From: Nitrosotalea sp.
GTDB lineage: Bacteria; Methylomirabilota; Methylomirabilia; Rokubacteriales; CSP1-6
DNA length: 64,000 nt
Direction of reading: 5' to 3'
NCBI GenBank assembly: GCA_035519555.1
Contig: DATIWG010000051.1
Coordinates: 130,520 to 194,519 of the forward strand
Each line of letters starts with the position of its first letter. The first letter of the stretch is position 1. Of the stretch, positions 59,587-64,000 are shown in pieces. The position numbers and the translations under genes are program-made. The notes below the pieces were generated by a model. That model had not been told where the DNA came from. It made no database searches and was given only the letters and a program-made list of their open reading frames with translations.

Positions 59587-62387
59587 CCCCGCCCGGACGC
59601 GGAGCGTCCGTTGGGTCTGGGCAGGAGCTCTCGGAGGAACTTGCCGGTGTAGGAGGCCGTCACCTGCGCGATCTGCTCGGGGGTTCCCTCGGCCACGAGC
59701 TCACCGCCCGCCTCGCCCCCTTCGGGCCCGAGATCCAGCACCCAGTCGGCGCTCTTGACCACGTCGAGGTGATGCTCGACCACCAGCACGGTGTTGCCCG
59801 CGTCGACCAGACGGTTGAGCACCACCAGCAGCTTGCGGACGTCGTCGAGGTGCAGCCCGGTGGTCGGCTCGTCGAGGATGAAGAGGTGATCGGTGGTGAC
59901 CTTGGCGGCGAGCTCCGCCGCGATCTTGAGCCGCTGCGCCTCGCCTCCCGAGAGGGTGGTGGCGGGCTGACCGAGGCGCAGGTATCCAAGGCCCACCTCC
60001 TGCAAGACCTTCAGCCGCCGCTGGAGCACCGGCTCCGAGGAGAAGAAGACCACCGCCTCGTCCACCGTCTGCTGGAGCACCTGGCTGATGTCGCGGTTCT
60101 TGTACGTGACCTGCAGCACGTCGGCGCCGTACCGCTTGCCCTCGCACTCCTGACAGGTCACGTACACGTCCTCGACGAAGTACATCTCGAGCTTCTGGAA
60201 CCCATCGCCCTCGCAGGTCTCGCAGCGCCCGCCCGGCACGTTGAACGAGAACGCCCCGGGGCCCAGGCCGAGCGTCCGGGCCCGCGTCAGGCCGGCGAAG
60301 AGGCGGCGGATCTCGTCGAAGGCCTTGACGTAGGTCACCGGATTCGAGCGCGGGGTCCGGCCGATGGGCTCCTGGTCGATCAGGCGGATGCCCTTGAGGT
60401 GCTGCAGCCCGCTCAAGCCCTCGTGCGCGCCCGCGACCGCGAAATCGACCTTGAAGTGACGCGCGACCGCCCGGTAGAGCGTGTCGTGCACCAGCGTGGA
60501 CTTCCCGGAGCCCGAGACGCCAGTCACGCAGGTGAGGGTGTTCAGCGGGATCCTGACCGTGACGTTCTTCAGATTGTGGGCGCGAGCGCCCTGGAGCACG
60601 AGGGCCCGCCGTCCGGTGCGGCGCGCCAGCGGCAGCGGGATCGTGTCGCGGCCGCTCAGGTAGCGCGCGGTGAGCGAGCGCGGGTCCTTTCGAAACTCGT
60701 CCTGCGGACCCGCGAACACGACGGTGCCTCCGCGCTCGCCCGAGCCCGGACCCATCTCGATGAGATAGTCGGCCACCTCGATCAGGGCCCGGTCGTGCTC
60801 CACGATCACCACCGTGTTGCCGGCCGACGCGAGCTCGCGGCACAGCTCGGCGAGGCGTGTGGTGTCTCGCGGATGTAGGCCGATGGACGGCTCGTCGAGC
60901 ACGTAGAGGGTGCCGGTGAGCTGGGCCCCGAGCTGGTTGGCCAGGTTGATCCGCTGCGCCTCACCGCCCGAGAGCGTACGCGTCTGCCGGGCCAGCGTCA
61001 GGTAGCCGAGACCCACGCGGAGGAGAAAGGACAGCTTGGCCCGCAGGAGCTTCAACACGTCGCGCGCGACCGTCTGCTCCCAGGCGGAGAGGGACAGGGT
61101 GGCGAAGAGGGCGTCCAGCTCCTCGACGGTCTGCCGTCCCAGCTCGGCGATGCTGGCCCCCCCCACGCGCACCGCGAGGGCCTCCGGGCGGAGCCGCTGG
61201 CCCGCACAGCGCGGGCACGGGGACTGGCTGCGGTAGCGCGAAAGGAAGACGCGGACGTGCAGCTTGTAGCGGTAGGATTCCACCTCCTCGAAGAAGCCGC
61301 GGATCCCGGTGAGCCCACCGCCGCCCTCGTAGACCCAGCGCCGGTCCTCGGGGGACAGCTCGGCGTACGGCCGGGTCACGTCGACCCCGCGCTTCTTGGC
61401 CGCCTTCAGGAGTTGCTTCTGGTACCAACGGCCGGAGGGATGCGACCAGGGCTCCACCGCGCCCTCGGCCAGGCTCTGGGTCGGGTCCGGCACCACGAGA
61501 GCCTCGTCGTAGCGCAGCACGTTGCCGAAGCCCTTGCACTCGGGGCAGGCGCCCAGCGGATGGTTGAACGAGAAGAGCAGCGGCTGGGGACGGGCCAGCG
61601 CCACGCCGCAGGCCGGGCAGTGGAAGTCCCGGTTCACCGGCATCGTCCCGCGCTCGAGCAGGTCCACCGTCGCGCGGCCCTCGCCCTCGGCCAGGGCCGT
61701 CTCCAGCGAGTCGGTGATCCGGCGCCGGCTGTCCGGGCCGATCACGACGCGATCGAGCACCACCGAGAGGCGCTCGGGATCGAGGTCGGTGGGCGCTTCT
61801 GGGCGAGCCGTCATGTCGGCGAGGTCGAGCACTGCCTCGCCCGCCTTGATGCGCGCGAACCCTCGCCGGAGCAGGGCGGCGAAGAGCGCGCGGGGCTCAC
61901 GCGCCGCTTCCGCGGGCAGCGGGAAGCAGATCATGGCCCGGGCGCCCGGATGATCGCGCAGGAGCAGGTCCGCCACCTGGTCCGCGGAGTCGCTGCGGGC
62001 TTCCGCGCCGCAGGTGGGGCAGTGCACGCGGCCGATCTTGGCGAAGAGCAGGCGCAGGTAGTCGTGCAGCTCGGTGGCGGTGCCCACCGTGGAGCGCGCG
62101 GTGCGCACCGGATTCTTCTGCTCCAGCGCGATCGCGGGCCGGATGTGCTCGATGCGGTCGACGTCGGGCCGGTCGAGGCGCTCCAGGAACATGCGGGCGT
62201 AGGTCGAGAGCGACTCGATGTAACGCCACTGCCCTTCCGCGAAGAGGGTGTCGAAGGCGAGGGAGGATTTGCCCGAGCCGGAGACCCCGGTGATCACGGT
62301 CACGCGATCGTGAGGGATGTCGACGGAGACGTTCTTCAGGTTGTTCTGCCGGGCTCCCTCGATGCGGAGCCAGACGGGCTGGGACAT
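59583..62387 (-). CDS. uvrA: Excinuclease ABC subunit A family protein (UvrA; somewhat divergent)
   Basis: 934 aa with two ABC ATPase modules (GVSGSGKSS twice, LSGGEAQR twice) and zinc modules (CPTCG, CPACG...CPECKG, CPRCAG, CETCEG...CQECEG). The N-terminal region reads QWRYIESLSTYARMFLERLDRP, where E. coli UvrA has QRRYVESLSAYARQFL. Confidence 0.9.
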   Translation of the reverse strand: MSQPVWLRIEGARQNNLKNVSVDIPHDRVTVITGVSGSGKSSLAFDTLFAEGQWRYIESLSTYARMFLERLDRPDVDRIEHIRPAIALEQKNPVRTARSTVGTATELHDYLRLLFAKIGRVHCPTCGAEARSDSADQVADLLLRDHPGARAMICFPLPAEAAREPRALFAALLRRGFARIKAGEAVLDLADMTARPEAPTDLDPERLSVVLDRVVIGPDSRRRITDSLETALAEGEGRATVDLLERGTMPVNRDFHCPACGVALARPQPLLFSFNHPLGACPECKGFGNVLRYDEALVVPDPTQSLAEGAVEPWSHPSGRWYQKQLLKAAKKRGVDVTRPYAELSPEDRRWVYEGGGGLTGIRGFFEEVESYRYKLHVRVFLSRYRSQSPCPRCAGQRLRPEALAVRVGGASIAELGRQTVEELDALFATLSLSAWEQTVARDVLKLLRAKLSFLLRVGLGYLTLARQTRTLSGGEAQRINLANQLGAQLTGTLYVLDEPSIGLHPRDTTRLAELCRELASAGNTVVIVEHDRALIEVADYLIEMGPGSGERGGTVVFAGPQDEFRKDPRSLTARYLSGRDTIPLPLARRTGRRALVLQGARAHNLKNVTVRIPLNTLTCVTGVSGSGKSTLVHDTLYRAVARHFKVDFAVAGAHEGLSGLQHLKGIRLIDQEPIGRTPRSNPVTYVKAFDEIRRLFAGLTRARTLGLGPGAFSFNVPGGRCETCEGDGFQKLEMYFVEDVYVTCQECEGKRYGADVLQVTYKNRDISQVLQQTVDEAVVFFSSEPVLQRRLKVLQEVGLGYLRLGQPATTLSGGEAQRLKIAAELAAKVTTDHLFILDEPTTGLHLDDVRKLLVVLNRLVDAGNTVLVVEHHLDVVKSADWVLDLGPEGGEAGGELVAEGTPEQIAQVTASYTGKFLRELLPRPNGRSASGRG

Positions 62388-62449
62388 TCGAACGATCCTC
62401 CTGAGATGGAAAGTCTACTCGACGGGTGGAGAGCCTTCAACACCGAGCC

Positions 62450-62478
62450 TTGACACGCGCGCAGCGGTCGCGTACCCT
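62450..62478 (+). promoter_or_regulatory. Sigma-70-type promoter for the Fur-family gene: TTGACA, 17-nt spacer, TACCCT
   Basis: TTGACA at 62450-62455 and TACCCT at 62473-62478. Only 11 nt separate the -10 box from the ATG at 62490. There is no Shine-Dalgarno sequence, so the leader is very short or absent. Confidence 0.45.
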
Positions 62479-62489
62479 TCCGAATCGTA

Positions 62490-62972
62490 ATGGGAACCAT
62501 TCCTAAAAAGCGGGTGATCGAGGGCGCGGAGATCACTCTGCGCGCGCGCGGGCTCCGGCTCACCGGGCCCCGGCGCCTGGTCCTCGACGTGGTGCGGGCC
62601 ACCGAGTCGCACCCGACCGCGGAGTGGGTTCACCAGATGGTGCGACGCCGTCTTCCCCGGGTGAGCCTGGGCACCGTGTACCGCAACCTGCGGCTCCTGG
62701 TGGCGGAGGGTCTCGTGAAGGAGCTGGCCGGTCCCCACGCCCGCTTCGACGGCAACGTGACCGAGCACCACCACTTCACCTGTCTCGGCTGCGGCCGGAT
62801 CAGCGACGTGCAGGGGCCGACCACCGAGCCGCATTCCCGCGCCCTCTGCGGGCGGGTGGCCGCCCAGAACGGCTTCAGCGTCACGCACCACCGGATCGAG
62901 TTCTACGGCCGCTGTCTCGGGTGCCAGCGCCGCGCCGGCGGCAAGGCGCGAAGCCGGCGTCCGACGCCGTAG
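62490..62972 (+). CDS. Fur-family transcriptional regulator (PerR-like by context)
   Basis: LRLTGPRRLVLDVV...HPTAEWVH...VSLGTVYRNLRLLVAEGLV...HHHFTCLGCG...CLGC has the winged helix and two CxxC pairs typical of Fur/PerR/Zur. Confidence 0.85.
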   Translation: MGTIPKKRVIEGAEITLRARGLRLTGPRRLVLDVVRATESHPTAEWVHQMVRRRLPRVSLGTVYRNLRLLVAEGLVKELAGPHARFDGNVTEHHHFTCLGCGRISDVQGPTTEPHSRALCGRVAAQNGFSVTHHRIEFYGRCLGCQRRAGGKARSRRPTP

Positions 62973-63028
62973 CCGCGGGCCGCCGGCCCCGGACCGCCGT
63001 CACCATTCACCAACAGGAGGATGTCGCC

Positions 63029-63478
63029 ATGGCAGGAAAACCTCTGAAAGGCAGCAAGAGCGTCGAGAACCTCAAGGAAGCCTTCGCGGGCGAGTCGCAG
63101 GCCAATCGCCGCTATCTCTACTTCGCACGGGTCGCCGACATCGAGGGCTTCCCGGACATCGCGGGGCTCTTCAAGGACACCGCCGACGCCGAGACCGGCC
63201 ACGCCTTCGGTCACCTCGACTTCTTGAAGGAAGTGGGGGATCCGGCCACCGGCGAGCCCATCGGCAAGACCGAGAAGAATCTCAAGGCCGCCGTCGCAGG
63301 CGAAACCTACGAGTACACCCAGATGTACCCGGGCATGGCCAAGACCGCGCGGGACGAGGGGTACCCGGAGCTGGCCGAGTGGTTCGAGACGCTCGCCAAG
63401 GCCGAGAAGTCACACGCGGGTCGCTTCACGAAGGGCCTGAACCAGGTCGCGGGCAAGGAGCCGGCCGAGGCCATCTAG
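63029..63478 (+). CDS. Rubrerythrin-family diiron protein (no rubredoxin domain)
   Basis: ATG at 63029 lies 8 nt after [26 protein letters not shown]...ETGHA...[14 protein letters not shown]...AEKSHAGRF carries the ExxH diiron ligand pairs. Confidence 0.9.
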   Translation: MAGKPLKGSKSVENLKEAFAGESQANRRYLYFARVADIEGFPDIAGLFKDTADAETGHAFGHLDFLKEVGDPATGEPIGKTEKNLKAAVAGETYEYTQMYPGMAKTARDEGYPELAEWFETLAKAEKSHAGRFTKGLNQVAGKEPAEAI

Positions 63479-63564
63479 CCGTCTGGTCCGATCGGGACCG
63501 GGCGCCGGCGCGCGAGCCGCCGCCCGCTCCCGGTTTCCCGCCCCCCTTCACTCGTGAGAGGACG

Positions 63565-64000
63565 ATGACACTCGACATTCGCGTGCCCGAGTTCTGGCAG
63601 CTCGATCGTGTCGAAACCGAGCTGCGCCGGGTGTACGACATCTGCGCGGGCTGCCGTCGCTGTCTGCGGCTCTGTCCCTCGTTCAAGGTCATGTTCGACC
63701 GGCTGGACGTGGACGCGGTGGACGGAGACATCGACAAGCTACCCGCGGCGGACGTCAAGGAAGTCGTCGACCTCTGTTACCAGTGCAAGCTCTGTTACAA
63801 CCACTGTCCCTATACGCCGCCGCACCGCTGGGCGGTGGACTTCCCGCGCCTGATGCTGCGGGCACGCTCGGCGGAGACCCGGGCCAAGGGGGTGTCCCGG
63901 CAGGATCGCTTCCTCGGCAACACCGAGCTGGTCGGGCGCATCGGCTGCCTCACCGCCCCGCTCTCGAACTGGATGAACACGGTGTGGGTCAACCGGAAGT
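63565..64000 (+). CDS. (Fe-S)-binding oxidoreductase, GlpC/heterodisulfide-reductase-related; 3' end outside the window
   Basis: The frame is open from ATG 63565 (after GAGAGGA) to the window end and is not listed in the track. It has two ferredoxin-type cluster motifs: CAGCRRCLRLCP and CYQCKLCYNHCP. Confidence 0.75.
   Translation, partial: MTLDIRVPEFWQLDRVETELRRVYDICAGCRRCLRLCPSFKVMFDRLDVDAVDGDIDKLPAADVKEVVDLCYQCKLCYNHCPYTPPHRWAVDFPRLMLRARSAETRAKGVSRQDRFLGNTELVGRIGCLTAPLSNWMNTVWVNRK

Overview
This is a very GC-rich chromosomal window (GC judged by eye, not computed) from a bacterium with an outer membrane, shown by a complete Tol-Pal cluster plus BamE and Lgt. It holds about 60 densely packed genes, many linked by 4-nt ATGA/GTGA start-stop overlaps. 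I found no rRNA, tRNA, CRISPR array, transposase, integrase or prophage genes. Most long antisense ORFs in the six-frame track are GC-driven artefacts.

Recognisable blocks, in order:
- DUF1445 hydro-lyase, pxpB, pxpC, a class-III aminotransferase and pxpA.
- gcvT-gcvH-gcvPA-gcvPB, followed by a lipoate ligase, a NUDIX hydrolase, pepA and a PHP phosphoesterase.
- A bifunctional-nuclease (DUF151) / degenerate AAA+ / DUF4197 trio.
- A ybgC-like thioesterase and fhs.
- A GldA/F/G-like ABC-2 system with a DUF4340 protein.
- tolQ-tolR-tolA-tolB-pal-cpoB, divergent from lgt.
- An orphan SPPY DNA methyltransferase.
- Two tandem M20 amidohydrolases.
- A GAF histidine kinase.
- A MoxR / unknown / CoxE-type VWA / DUF3047 module.
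- A DUF35 protein, an SCP-x-type thiolase and an MFS transporter.
- uvrA.
- A Fur/PerR regulator, rubrerythrin and an Fe-S oxidoreductase.

The best hit from the hunt is at 54035-54562. Two ORFs that the track splits are one gene interrupted by an in-frame TGA at 54317. Reading through gives a Sec-Gly-Ser-Cys (UxxC) redox motif. A perfect 10-bp SECIS-like hairpin starts 3 nt after the TGA. The gene's stop overlaps the start of an uncharacterised multi-pass membrane protein.

Other observations worth a second look:
- The orphan MoxR-VWA module contains a 186-aa protein I cannot place in any family.
- The AAA+ protein carries a natural Walker-B Glu-to-Gln change.
- A sigma-54 promoter with the full TGGCAC-N5-TTGC consensus lies next to an AT-rich island.
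- A 27-bp perfect nested inverted repeat sits at 17690-17773.
- A 5TMR-LYT/PAS/HisKA sensor is frameshifted and has no ATPase domain.
- A lipid kinase has its conserved N-terminus upstream of any canonical start codon.
- Several genes appear to be leaderless.
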